Source of the DNA: Octopus sinensis
Taxonomy: Eukaryota
Direction: 5' to 3'
NCBI RefSeq assembly: GCF_006345805.1
Contig: NW_021833737.1
Location: 1 to 55,285 of the forward strand
DNA length: 55,285 bases
The stretch's first letter is position 1. Every line of letters starts with the position of its first letter. Positions 26,033 to 39,859 of this stretch are shown piece by piece. The position numbers and the translations under genes are program-made. The notes beneath the pieces are model-generated. The model was not told the DNA's origin. It saw only the letters and a list, made by a program, of their open reading frames with translations, and did not search any database.

Positions 26033-26445
26033 GAGGCGGTGAGCTGGCAGACACGTTAGCGCGCCGGGCGAAATGCTTAGCGGTATTTCGTCTGTCGTTA
26101 CGTTCTGAGTTCAAATTCCGCCGAGGTCGACTTTGCCTTTCATCCTCTCGGGATCGATAAATAAAGTACCAGTTTCGCACTGGGGTCGATGTAATCGACT
26201 TAATCCGTTGTCTGTCCTTGTTTGTCCCCTCTGTGTTAGCCCTTGTGGGTAATAAAGAATAGGTATTTCGTCTGTCGTTACGTTCTGAGTTCAAATTCCG
26301 CCGAGGTCGACTTTGCCTTTCATCCTCTCGGGATCGATAAATAAAGTACCAGTTTCGCACTGGGGTCGATGTAATCGACTTAATCCGTTTGTCTGTCCTT
26401 GTTTGTCCCCTCTATGTTTAGCCCCTTGTGGGTAGTAAAGAAATA
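26033..26445 (+). mobile_element. Young family A SINE dimer (one head, two 180-bp body+tail units)
   Basis: Units start at 26082 and 26262 and are near identical. 18-bp TSD TATATTGTAAC(C/T)TGTTAA at 26015-26032 and 26446-26463. Confidence 0.92.
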
Positions 26446-26989
26446 TATATTGTAACTTGTTAAACCATGGTCTGAAGAATTTTTCTCGAATTAATGTTTC
26501 CTCGTGTGTAGTGAAAAAAAGGGGGTAAAATGTTTATGCAGCTGCTATATGAACCACGCCATTGCTGTGTAACATCTATATTGTAATTCCTGTATAATAA
26601 CTAGATTGTCATTATAATGTATTAACTAAATTGTAATTATTGTATAATGATGATATTGCCTTTACTGTGTAATAACTATATTGTAATACTGATTATTCAC
26701 CTGGAACAAAACGAGTATTAACCTCACTCACACAATTACTTTATAATCATTGTGATCAACGAGTCTTTGTCATTTAATTGAATTCCAAGAAACCTGACTC
26801 CTATTCAGGTTATTAATCATTTTTAAAGTGGTTTAATGACCTCATTAGAGCGGGTTTTTGTTTTATAAGAAATGGGTTATATGACGAACCACATTTAAGC
26901 TTTAATTACTCGGGTGATTTCTGGTTATATTTTAAATCTGTTGTTGTTATTGTTGTTTGGGTGTTGTTGTTATCATTATAGGCGAGATG

Positions 26990-27425
26990 TAAGGCGGCTA
27001 GATGGTAGAATTGTTAACATGCCGGGCAAAATTCTAAGCGGCATTTCGTCCGGCAGTTCAAATTCCACCGAGGTCGACTTTGCCTTTCGTCCTTTTGGAG
27101 TCGATAAAAATAAGTACCAGTGATACACTTGGGTTAATGCAATCGGCTTAACCCTTCTTCCGATATTGCTGATTTTGTACTAACATTTGAAATCATTATT
27201 TTTAGTGAGATAAGGTGGTGAGCTGGCAACATCGTTAGAACGCTGGATACCTAGCGGTATTTCGCCCGTCGCTACGTTCTGAGATCAAATTTCGCCGAGG
27301 TCGACTTTGCCTTTCATCCTTTCGGGGTCGATAAACTAAGTACCATTTGAACACTGGGATCGATGTAATCGACTCATCCCCCCAATCCAAGCTGCCCTTG
27401 TGGCAAAAAAGTTAAAATAATTATT
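26990..27425 (+). mobile_element. Two tandem family A SINEs
   Basis: Two heads (about 26990 and 27212), each followed by the core GAGGTCGACTTTGCCTTTC. Confidence 0.8.
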
Positions 27426-27575
27426 ATTGGTGAGAATCATTAATGCTGAATCATTAATGCGTCAGACAAAATATCTCGTGACTGTCTGTCTGTCAGTCTC
27501 CCCCTCTCTCTCTTTCTCTTCAACACTGTCTTAATTTTTCTTCCTTTCTTGCGATCTTTCTCTTTCTATCGTCTA

Positions 27576-27957
27576 GAGGCGCAATGGCCCAGTGGTTAGG
27601 GCAGCGGACTCGCGGTCATAGGATCGCGGTTTCGATTCCCAGACCGGGCGTTGTGAGTGTTTTTTGAGCGAAAACACCTAAAAGCTCTACGAGGCTCCGA
27701 CAGGGGATGGTGGTGATCCCTGGTGTACTCTTTCACCACAACTTTCTCTCACTCTTACTTCCTGTTTCTGTTGTACCTGTATTTCAAGGGGCCGGCCTTG
27801 TCACTCTGTGTCACGCTGAATATCCCCGAAAACTACGTTAAGGGTGCATGTGTCTGTGGAGTGCTCAGCCACTTACACGTTAATTTCACGAGCAAGCTGT
27901 TCCGTTGATTCGGATCAACCGAAACCCTCATCGTCGTAACCGACGGAGTGCTTCCAC
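27576..27957 (+). mobile_element. Full-length tRNA-headed SINE family B (octopus OR-like), tail type 1
   Basis: A-box TGGCCCAGTGG and B-box-like GGTTTCGATTCCC. 11-bp TSD TCTATCGTCTA at 27565-27575 and 27958-27968. Reverse partial copy at 40555-40845. Confidence 0.9.
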
Positions 27958-28339
27958 TCTATCGTCTACGTTGCATCGTGAGAAGTAGTATGAGACTCCT
28001 CGCAACGTTCCAAGGATTGAACGAAGGGTGTAGTCCCTGTAACTTCTCATAGAAAATTCGTTGTACCACTGGAACTGTGCAGCAAAGCACAAAACAGAGA
28101 TCACCTCCCCGTCTCCCCCCAAAACAAAACAAAAAAAAAAACAAATAAACAAAATCTACGAGTTGCATCTACCAATATGGTTGCACAAACACTTAAACTA
28201 ATCGTCAGTTATCTATAATTGTTGTTTGTTTAAGCTCGCCAGTCTTGATCTGTCAGACGTATGACCAAAGACGTTCAAGATGATTAAAATTAAAACACGT
28301 CTGCTTTTTCCGGACTCAGTGTACCTTCCACATTATGAG

Positions 28340-28535
28340 ATATCACATGATTGACCAGACTACCGAGTGTTGTTTCATATCGGAGGTCATAATGCCCTTT
28401 GCATCGTTGTAGCCTTCGGTCGATGCCTCACCGCCAGCTAGACGAGCAGGCCAACATTCCCCACTGATCGAGAAGGGGGACTGGAGCAACGTGAAATGAA
28501 GTGTTTTGTTCACGAATACAACGCTCTGCATGGTA
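28340..28535 (-). mobile_element. SINE remnant of a further family
   Basis: The - strand reads GTGAACAAAACACTTCATTTCACGTTGCTCCAGTCC, resembling SINE central domains; single copy in the window. Confidence 0.4.
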
Positions 28536-28599
28536 TAACATAGGCCATCGACGACTTTTGTTTTACGGTTCTCGAATCTGGACTGTGCTGTCCTTCATG

Positions 28600-29030
28600 A
28601 GGGAAGTCCTTTCTTCCCGGAGGTTTTGTTTATTTGAATTGCCATCGAAGCTTCAGTGAATTTTTCTACGTGGGATTGTTGGCTCTACACACGCCCATTT
28701 TTACTTCTAGGAAGAAGTAGTCCATATTTAGTATGACATTTATCCTTTGAAATGCACAACCAGTAGCTTGCACTTAGTTGGCATAGCTCTCATTGAACCT
28801 CACCAGTTACAACACAGCAACAAGAACTGGACCTTGTGGTGAGTGTAGACGTTATTCAATATGCTCAACTTTAAAGAAGGTAATGTTAAATGTCCCCCAC
28901 GTGGGTCCTGCTTTATCGTGGCGAGGCGGCTTGAATATTCCAGAGATCCGAGAGATAGTTAACGCCTAGGGATACCCTAGGCAGGCCGGTCTGCCGAGGA
29001 AGTTCCAAACTAACGGTAATCCACGGCGTG
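28600..29030. mobile_element. Two RTE-like 5' UTR remnants, back to back
   Basis: The + strand CTGCTTTATCGTGGCGAGGCGGCTTG (about 28908) and the - strand TCAATGAGAGCTATGCC (about 28780-28796) resemble RTE/BovB 5' UTR motifs. Confidence 0.45.
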
Positions 29031-29943
29031 CTGGCTCATCACCAAGATGGCAGCCCCATCATCGGACTATTCTGCGGAGGACCCACAACCCACCTAGAAG
29101 AGCCCTCAACCTATTACGTCTCTGATCAGAAGAAACCAGAAGGAACCTGAAAGAAGAAACAGAACCAATGTACAATATGAATGGGGCATATATTTATCAT
29201 TTCCAGTAAACTGAACAAGCTCATTGATGCCAACTCATTGGTATTGTTATAAGTGTTCAGTTTCGTTGTACATGATGGTGGTTGTTGATGTTTTGTTCCA
29301 AGGATGAACGTTTGTCAGTAAACCTATCATCAAAGGTAATCCAAACATCTTATACTTGGTGTATTTAAACTTACATAATTCTCTGTGTCCTTCCGTTGCT
29401 TAGATAACAGAATATAACTGATCTATTATTCCCAGTAGGTGATGCAACAATATAGTGTGTCTCATAATTGTTCATATAGATGAGGTGTTTTCCTTTTAGA
29501 TCTGAGAGTGATGGTCAACTACCAAATAGATAATGTAGCTGCAACCAGTTCCTATTGCTCCAGTTACTGATGTTAATAGTGATGTTGATGGCGACGATGA
29601 TGATGTCGGTGTTTGTAGTGTTGTTGTGCGTGACGCTAGTAGTAGTAGTAGTAGTGGTGGTGGTGCTGCTGCTGCTGGTGTTGTTGGTGGCGGTGGTAAC
29701 AGTGGTGGTGGTGACGGCGGTGGTGGTGGCGACGGCGGTGATGCTGGAAGTAGTACAAAAAAGGAATGAGTAATTCCTGTTCCCAAATAAATATTGGATT
29801 GTTTCATATTGCTCGAGGAAATTGCATCATAACGCTTTGTCTGAAAAAATGATCGTGAACAGCCGATTTCTTTCAAATTATTATTATTATTGTTATTATT
29901 ATTATTATTATTATTATTGTTGTTGTTGTTGTTGTTGTTTTTG

Positions 29944-30566
29944 TTGAGTGAGAGAGCAGTGCATGCCATCAAAGTGACACTGGGGTAAAATATACGAAGC
30001 CCAGTATATCCATCATGACTACCCGTCTGATTAGGTACACTAGGCACATGCATCACAACCATATGTGCGCGACATGATATTCTCATATCAAGATAAGCGG
30101 AACATGATCTTGCAGGTGGGGCCCAGTTAGAATTTTCTTCGGGTCGAGTCGCCCAGCCAGCTTAAAAGATCCCTGAATAAGGGTTGTTTAAGGATGTTGA
30201 ACGAAACACCCACATAGCCAAAGGTAAATTATCCAAACCCCAAAGAATTCCTCTCAACGCATCAGTATGATGCTCCCCCACTACTTCTGCTCGTGATCAG
30301 AGATGCACATATCGTCAGCCACTTAGGAACATGCTCAAATGGTTAAGGTCAAACAACTGACAAGCAAATCTGTGATAGTGAGCAGAATATTTGCTGTACC
30401 CATCTTTTATACCAAGGCAAAAGAATTTATATGATGACACTTCCAATCAGTTAAGATCAGAAGCCATGAGAACCACTGCCTGGTACTGCATCAATGTTTT
30501 CAGCATATATGCTGTAGCCCATCTTTTATACCAGGACAAAACAATGTACATGATAACGCTTCCAAT
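29944..30566 (-). mobile_element. Second copy of the (TAA)n-tailed retroposon, with a short internal duplication
   Basis: Homologous to 10821-11310; 30510-30566 repeats 30393-30447. Confidence 0.75.
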
Positions 30567-30863
30567 TATTATTATTAATAGTTTCAAATAAGAAATGTAG
30601 AAACAGGTTACTAAATCTACTAAAACCGTAAAGAGAATAAAACACACGCGCACAACTACACAGACGTGAATGGACACACGCATACAGCGAGACGCACACT
30701 AACACACATATATTTATAAATAATATATAAAGAATTATATGCAATTATGGATATAAATGCTCTCTCTCTCACGCTCTCTCTCTCTCTCTCTCTCACACAT
30801 ATATAAGTATATATATATGTACGTATGTGTATATGTGTGTGTGTACGCATTTATAGATATATT

Positions 30864-30894
<31 letters not shown>

Positions 30895-31034
30895 ATTTAC
30901 ACTTACATACAAATATATATGTGCGTGTGTGTGAGTGTAAATTATATAGTTACATTTCATAATATGTATGTATGTGTGTATGTATGTATGTATGTATGTA
31001 TGTATGCATATATGTATGTATGCATGAACGTATG

Positions 31035-31086
<52 letters not shown>

Positions 31087-31335
31087 CTTGCTACTGACAA
31101 CATTACAATGAACAAAATAAGCCAAGATATAAAGAAATCATAAATAAGAAATAAATGAGAAGAGAGAATATATTTATGATAGATTCTTATCGTTTCACAT
31201 GAAAATACTTCTTTCACTTGTCTAGGATACAGAAATAGTGAACTTGCTTGTTTTCTTAAAGCTGCACACGTACATACACATCTCTGTATAAACCAATGCC
31301 ATATATATAAACATGCACACTCACACACATATATA

Positions 31336-31386
<51 letters not shown>

Positions 31387-31612
31387 TTGTGACGCTTTGC
31401 CGTCGACATTTTCAAATAAGATATATCTTCATTCAGAGCATATTTCATTTTTCCCTTTATTAGGTATCGTTTCTTATTTATCTTATCGTATCACGTCTAT
31501 ATCAAACCTCTTCTACGCTTGTATGTACATGGCTTTTTACCAAAACCTAATAACTTTTTGGTATCTTTCTTTCCCACGTTTTTCTATTATACTCTCTGTC
31601 TCTCTCTGCCTC

Positions 31613-32922
31613 TGTCTCTCTCTCTCTCTATCTTTTACAATTTCTCTCTATTCTCTCTCTTTCTTTCTCTCACTCTCTCACTTGGGCTTTTCTATTTTGT
31701 TCAGTTGTTGCTTTTCCTCCTCTGACATTGTGACGATGACTTTTCCAAGTCACCTCCACCCCAACCCCTTGAATACTAATACACTCTTATGTACATAAAC
31801 ATGCTCATTACATTTTCCTTCTCTCTTTTTCTCTCTCTCACACACTAATACATACGTATATATATTTACACACACACACACACGCACACACATATATATA
31901 TATATATATGTTTCGATTCCCAGATCGGGCGTTGTGAGTGTTTATTGAGCGAAAACCCTAAAGCTCTACATATATACATATATGTATATATATGTATTGG
32001 GTCATCCCGTAAATGATGCGGTTTTTTACACTTTTATTTTTCGAAATTAAGATGAACAAGGTACTTTTTCAATCTAAAATATACTCTCCTTCATTTTCTT
32101 CGTGACGAAAAATACCCCTCGAGTACTTTTCTGACCTCGTCTACAGAATTCATATTACTTCCGTCCTAATGATTTTGAAGACTGCGGAATAAATGATAAT
32201 CAGATGGGGGCAATGACCGGCGAATATGGTGGGTGAGGCGTTGTTTTCCATTCAAACTGCTCCAGCCTCTGAAATATCATCCTTGTTGTATGTGGCCGAG
32301 CACTGTCTTGATGGAAGAACACCTCTCGTCTCGAAACCAAAGATGGTCGTTTTCCTTTTAGCGCTGACTTAAGACGCTCAAGCTGCTCCAGTAGATCTTT
32401 GTTTGGATTTAAAAGTTCAAAGTGGACTAAGCCTTTCATAACCCACCAGACAGGTAACAGCACCTTCCGTGTATGAAGATCTTTAGGCTGGCATACCGGT
32501 ATTTTCCTTCCCTACCCACTGTCTTCGGCGCTTTTTATAGAGCATCCATTTCTCGTCACCAATCACTAATTCGGTCCAAAAATGTTCATTCCTGGGACAT
32601 GACATTACTAGGATTAAATTCTTCAGTATGTCCTTCTTTTGTTTAAGGTAGCACGGTATAATTTGAGGGAGATTTAGTTACTATTTCTCTCACTTGACTG
32701 ATGTTCGCTCGTTGGTGTTTATAGTTAAGAGTCCGTGCTTACCATGACAGTATTCGCTGGATTGCTAGAGTGTGGTATGTTGCTGTTATCGTTACAATGT
32801 CAGAGGAGGAAAAGCAAAATCTGAACAAAATAGAAAAATCCAAGTGAGAGAGTGAGAGAAAGAAAAAGAGAGACAGAGAGAGGGTAGAATAGAGAGAAAT
32901 TATAAAAGATAGAGAGAGACAG
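31613..32922. repeat. About 130-bp inverted repeat pair (31613-31740 and 32785-32922)
   Basis: CACTTGGGCTTTTCTATTTTGTTCAG..GCTTTTCCTCCTCTGACATTGTGACGATGAC occurs on the left and its reverse complement on the right. Confidence 0.85.
31997..32597 (-). mobile_element. Mariner remnant: DD34D catalytic region plus 3' TIR
   Basis: LVIGDEKWML, VWW..KGLVHFELL, FFHQDSARPH, HPPYSPVIAP, C-terminal ENEGEYILD*. TIR-like TTGGGTCATCCCGTAAATGATGCGGTTTT follows a TA. Confidence 0.9.
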
Positions 32923-33225
32923 TGGAGGCGCAATGGCCCAGTAATCAGGGCAGAGGACTCGCGGTCGGAGGGTCGCGGTTTCGATTCTCAGACCGGGCGT
33001 TGTATGTGTTTATTAAACGAAAACATCTAAAAGCTCCAGAGGCTCCGGTAGGGGGTAGTGGCGACCCCTGTTGTACTCTTCCGCCACAACTTTCTCTCAC
33101 TCTCTCTTCCTGTTTCTTGAGTAACGCTGCGATGGACTGGCGTCCCGTCCAGCTGGGGGGAACGCATACGCCACAGAAACTGGGAAACCGGGCCCATGAG
33201 CCTGACTAGGCTTGAAAGGGGCGAA
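32923..33225 (+). mobile_element. SINE family B, tail type 2
   Basis: Same head as 27576; tail CTGCGATGGACTGGCGTCCCGTCCAG...CTAGGCTTGAAAGGGGCG is shared with 23996-24296. Confidence 0.85.
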
Positions 33226-33230
33226 AGAAA

Positions 33231-33285
<55 letters not shown>

Positions 33286-33309
33286 GAGAGAGACACACAC
33301 ACACATAGA

Positions 33310-33500
33310 GAGAATCGTTAGCAAACCGGGCACTGAACGATATTTTGCCCATCACTTCGTTCTGAGTTCAAAGGTCGACTTTGCCTTTTACCCTTTCGGG
33401 GTCAATAAATTAAGTAATAGTGAAACACTGGAGTCGATGTAATCGATTTATCCCCTTCCCCAAAATGACTGCCCTAGTGGCAAAATTTGAAACCATTATT
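33310..33500 (+). mobile_element. Family A SINE, partial
   Basis: GAATCGTTAGC...GGTCGACTTTGCCTTTTACCCTTTCGGGGTCAATAAATTAAG. Confidence 0.75.
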
Positions 33501-35669
33501 GTTGCTTTGTTGATAATGATGATGGTGGAGGTGGTGGTAGAGGTAGTGACGTAGCTGTTGCTGATTAGCTCTAAGGTGGCCCTGATCGAGTAGAACTATG
33601 ATCATACATTCTATCCACGACCATCCCCCTTTATCTTTTTTTTAGTTGTATTTAAGACTACGTAATATGAGGTGCCCTTTCTTAGTTAACAGAATAGGAA
33701 GTGGTTTTGGAGAAGATGTGGTTGCTACACCTAGCAAGTCGAGGGACTATGCTGAAGCTTTCACGCTGGATCTTATCGTTATTGCTGATTAGTTCCATGT
33801 CTGCCTTGATCCAGCTGACCTATGGCCAAAGACATTTCAGTTGTAGTCATTCAGACTTTCTATACAAGACATTATCTGATGAGTCTTGTTTTAAGATGTT
33901 TTAATTCAAGAGATAGGTGGCTGCCATTTCTAGCATTTTAAGTGATGATGCAGAGTCCTCCTTATTACCTTGGGATGGCGATGTCGTTGGCGTTGGTAGT
34001 GAACTCTTGTAGAAGTAGTAATTGTGCTTGTTGAACTTGATATTGGTGATAATGTTGTTGCTATGTTCGTTGTTGCTATTGGCCATGGTGCTATTGTTAC
34101 TGCTAGTAGCGTTTATAGTGATAATGGCAGCAGCGGAGGCGGTGGTGTAGGCGATGGTTGGTGGCGATTGTTAGTGGTGATGGCTTTGGGGGAAAATTAA
34201 AAGGAATATTGCATGTAGTTGTGTTTATTGTAGCGACCGCCGTACTAGTGGTAATAGGTATGTGTGGCGGTGATAATGGCAGCGATGTGACGTAGGGGAT
34301 AAATGGCGACGATAGGTTGTGGGGCATAAATGGTAGCAAAATTTTAACACTAAAAGTGATAATGTTTATAATGTCGGCGTTGGCGGTGAAGGTGGCTTCG
34401 TTGGCGCCGACGGTGATGGAGTTTGTGATGATAATAATAATAATAATAAGAGTCGTGGTGATAATAATAATAATAATAAGAGTTTGTGATGATAATAATA
34501 ATAATAAGAAGAAGAATCCCACAAATGATGATTATGGTTGCGATGTTGGGCTGATGTTTTTATAAGAGGCAAAAATGTTAAATAATATATATGTACAAAA
34601 CAAATACCTCCCTCACCACAAAGCAAAACAAAATAACAAACCAAAACTAAAAGAAATAGTGGAGATAACAAAACACTAAGAAAAAAGGAAAAGAATCAGA
34701 AAACTATCTGTTTGGACTTATTGTTTCTCATCATTTTGGTGAGAAGTTAATTTCCCTAACGTTGCCTTCATTATCGCTCATTGTCCTTCATGCCAAAGCA
34801 GGCTTCGTTTGCAAGTTTAATGGAAACAGTTAACACCGATTCTTTCATTACTATCTAATCAAGTAAAAGCAACAAAACCGTGAATACCAAAAGAAAAAAA
34901 AAACCAAAAAAACCCCAACTGTCACCGCCACCACCACAGCCACCACGACCACGACTAAAATTACCGCTACTACCACCACCATCACCACCACCACCACCAC
35001 CATCATTGCCACCACCACCACCACCACCTCCACTACTGTTACCATCGCCACTACCACCATCACCATCACCATCACAACCATCACCACCACCACCACCACC
35101 ACCACCACCACCACCGCAATTACCACCATGATCCCTTCCACGACAACCACCACCAACACCACTAGCACCACCACCACTACCATTAGCACCGTGATCACTA
35201 CTATGACCAACACCACCACCACCACCACCACCACCACCACCACCACCACAACCACCACAACCGTCACAACCACTACTGCTTTCACAACCACCACCATCAC
35301 TTCCACAACCGGCACCATCCACAGCGATGGCGAAAAATAGAAAGATATCAACATAGACCTATGCAGTATGGTCTCACTTATTAAATGCAGAGGATTAACT
35401 TCGATTAAATGAGATTATTTGCCTAATTTGTAGATAACAGCTCCCCCTAGAAGTGTTTAAACTATGTAAAATCGATAAGTAAGGGAGATAACTCCAGAAT
35501 AATCATGCAGTCGAAACTTTTGAGAAAATATAGACTGTGCAGATAGGAAAGTATCTTAAAAGAGGCGAGTGAAAATAACAAACTTGTTTCGGTATATAAA
35601 GCCTCATCAGAGAAGCATTCTTTCTGTTTAGTTGGCAAAGCTTATATATACATATATATATATATACGG

Positions 35670-37470
35670 AGAGTTTACGAAAAAAAAAACAAAAGACGAA
35701 GACAGGTGGTGTACAAAACAAACAGATGTATTAGTATAACGCTTAGGAATAGAAAAAGTCTTTTACGTTTCGAGCCTACGCTCTTCTACAGAAAGGGACA
35801 TAGAAAAAACAAGGTGAGAAACAAGGAGAGAAAAAAAGGAGAGAGAAAAAGGAGAGAGAAAAAGGAGAGAACAAAATATATATGAATGAAACGATTCAAA
35901 GAATACGGAGACTAGTACATCATCAAATTTTAAAAAAATTTTACAGTTGGCCATACAACATAATTAGTTGGCTAAAATGACTGACACCTATTTCTGATGC
36001 ACAGAGTATGTGCAGTTTTGTCTGCATCCCAGTATAATCTGCTGTGCACCTTCATTCAAGACCTTTCAACAAGCTTGGTTCGAAGCTAACTGAGTTAATT
36101 TATTTGTGGTTAGTTTATTTCCTTATTCTACCCTGTATATAGTTATAAAGTTTATTTTTAGGCTGACCTCAAGTTAACACCAGTGCCAAGGCGAAAATCG
36201 GGAGTTTTATATATATCAAACTAGGTCAAAGTATATTTGAGAGTTCCAATAGGCTTTTTCTTTGAGTTAAAGGAGATTGAATAGAATTAATATTAAACTT
36301 TGTTACATCGATAGATTTCTATCAATATATTATTTTGATGTCCATAAAAAGGGTGCACTTTAAAGCTGAGTTTTGGGCTATATGGAAGTTTCTGTTTCTA
36401 AAAGTCAGGCTAGATAATGTCCTGATGTATACCTCCATCATTCGACACCTGCCCTTTGTGTATAGCATATCATCCTACTTGATACTTGTATTACAATGCC
36501 TGAAGGTTTTCTCATGCATGAGTAAATACTCCAAGGCCTGTTCTAGTTTACTCTTAATCGATTGGTGTTTTGATGTAAAAATCAGGTACATTTATTCGAT
36601 GCACAAATCACATCTCTTTCCCCCCTGTACTACAAGGTACAGCTGTTCTAACGTTTCCCGTTCTATCCTAAAGTTAGCGTTTTTATCCTTAAGAGACTAG
36701 ATGAACTTGTTCAGGCTAGTGTTGCACATCTCTATCCTTAAAGGAATTAACATGATTTACCAGTCTTGATTTAAAACTTATCGATGTTTCACGTATATAG
36801 AAGAAGGAACTCCCCTCCGATGTAATACTACATTGATACATTAAATTCTTCAAAGTAACAGATTATATTTTTACCCCAATTTTAAATTTCTTTTTTTCTC
36901 ATCATTACCTATGTTAGTGGTGCTCGTATTAGATATCCCACCCTGTTTGTATATCTACTGGTCTGCTATCATTTATATCCTGGTTACTGTTTAGGGTTTT
37001 CATGCTGCTGTTTCTAGCAATTCCTTTGTCTGTTTTTTTTTTCGGATTAGAAATTGTGGAAGTTACGTCCCTTTTGCTGCTTCTCGCTGTTCGGGTGCTA
37101 TCTTCCCGACGACTGTAATTAATCATAGTGTTTGTAGTCGACCCCAGTTACTCACTAAATTTACTGGCCCTATATTCTTGGTTTCTACCATTAGTACTCC
37201 TATCATTAAAGTCATTTCTTCTATCTACCCTATTGTTATCACCGGCTCTCCGGAAAACCGGTGACTGCATAGTCATTGCAAAGAGAGGTGAAAAGTTTGT
37301 TTCCATTTTTTACCTGCTCCTCAGGCTTAAAAAAGACGTTTGAGCATTTCGTTTTGTTTTCACTTTGCCAATTTTTGAACATATTTCTTCGTATGAGGAG
37401 GGAGGGAAAATACCCGACTCGGTGATGGGAGCTTCGCTGTAAAATTAGAATGTGAATGCTCCCCTCAGGA
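35670..37470 (-). mobile_element. Penelope-like retroelement remnant
   Basis: A GIY-YIG remnant is followed on the - strand by a terminal segment (35670-35820) shared with 4140-4290. The 5' boundary is uncertain. Confidence 0.65.
36475..36870 (-). pseudogene. GIY-YIG endonuclease of a Penelope-like element, degraded
   Basis: Manual translation across stops and frameshifts: NLMYQCSITS, FYIRETSISFKSRLVNHVNSF, TSLNKFI*SLKDK, KRCDLCIE*MYLIF. This matches the PLE pattern VIY..YIG.T..FK.R..NH..SF..LS.YIW.LK..RC.LC..EK. Confidence 0.8.
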
Positions 37471-37681
37471 AATTAATAAATAGATAATTGTAATGAAAAT
37501 ATTAGCACAAGTCTAACAATGCAGACCAAATAATCAGAGAAACAGGGATAATAAAATTTGCGTTGGCATGGTGATAATATAAGCTTAAATAATTGTAGCA
37601 GAATGATAAATGACAATATCAACAACATTAGCAAGATGAACAACAACAGTAGCAGCAGCAGCAACTGCAAAATCCACACAC

Positions 37682-37733
<52 letters not shown>

Positions 37734-37762
37734 GCGCACACATACACACACACACACACACG

Positions 37763-37813
<51 letters not shown>

Positions 37814-38251
37814 CTTGCCGGGTGTATTGTTTATGACTTCAGAAGCCGTTCTTGTCCAGAACATTAATTGTTCAAAAATCTTTCTGGGTATGAACATCAT
37901 CTACTTGAAGAAAGTAAAGTAGTAGCCCTGCGTTACAAATGCACGTGTCTCTTTGCCTGAGGGATTTGTCTGAGAATGGTGAAAAAAGCATACAGATATA
38001 TCCTCTGACAAATCTCTTCAAATCACTTTACTGTCTTTAAGAAACGACAAGATGGACACCGCCGGGACACTTTTGCTTATAGATTTACTCAATTAGGGTA
38101 GACCTGGGGTTAAACAACAACGACAGCAACATATTTAAAACAGCTAGCTCTCATTGACCAACACACAATTTTCCTCTCTGTCTCAAAGCCAACCTTTATC
38201 TTTACCATGTAAACAGCTCCGCAGATATTCTTCCTCTTTCTTTCTTTCTTT

Positions 38252-38305
<54 letters not shown>

Positions 38306-38331
38306 TTCCTTTCTTTCTTCTTTTTCTTTTT

Positions 38332-38368
<37 letters not shown>

Positions 38369-38383
38369 TTTTCTTTCTTTCCT

Positions 38384-38418
<35 letters not shown>

Positions 38419-38815
38419 CTCTCTCTCTCTCACTCTCTATCTGTCTGTGTGTCTGTCTGCCTGCCTGTCTGTCTGTCTCTGTCTGTCTCTGTCTCTCTCT
38501 CTCTGTCTCTCTCTCTCTGTCTCTCTCTCTCTCTCTCTTTTAATCTAGTTTTTCATCATCCCCATTCTCACTATGCCCCTCTTCATCGAGATGGTCTAAT
38601 TTTTCATTAGTTCACTCTGAACCCTACCAAACAACAAACAATGTGTCACAACCACCAATCTTCTAACACCGACAAACCCACATATTGGAGGTCACCTGCT
38701 TTTTCCTGTAATGACTTTACAAATGACTGTACAAATTGCATTATAAAATACAATATGCAGTGTCAATTAGTTCTCCTTTCTCGATATTATTGTTGTTTTT
38801 CCATCTGCTGTTTTT

Positions 38816-39480
<665 letters not shown>

Positions 39481-39859
39481 AGTAGTAGTGGTAGTAGCAT
39501 TTCAGTATTTTAAACTTCTTTCTTTTGTTTCTTTCCTTTATTTAACTCTTTTCTTTTCACTGTTTTCTTTTCTGTATTTTTTCTTTTTTCTTTTCATTTT
39601 ATTCTGTTATTTGTGTTTTGTTTCGACGGTTTCGCATCAAATTAATCCGTTAAGTTAATTTCATAATACAAAAAAACCCCCACAAAGTATAATGCAATAC
39701 ACGTGCAGTTGAATACACAGACACATATCTTTGTGTGCGTATTTGTGTGCATACATAATTCTTGCGGTATATATATATATTTCTCTTATTACTCCTACTT
39801 GTTTCAGCCAAAGGCTGTGGCCATGCTGGAGCACCGCTTGTTAGTGGATTTAGGTCTCC

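Noticed and set aside
25902-26360. 152-aa ORF with an internal repeat
   Set aside because: It is the antisense translation of the SINE dimer.
24400-26445. Regularly spaced repeats suggestive of a CRISPR array
   Set aside because: Units are about 200-bp SINEs without unique spacers, in eukaryotic context with no cas genes.
27576-27650. tRNA-like sequence with A and B boxes
   Set aside because: It continues into a SINE body with a TSD and lacks a proper acceptor stem; it is a SINE head, not a tRNA gene.
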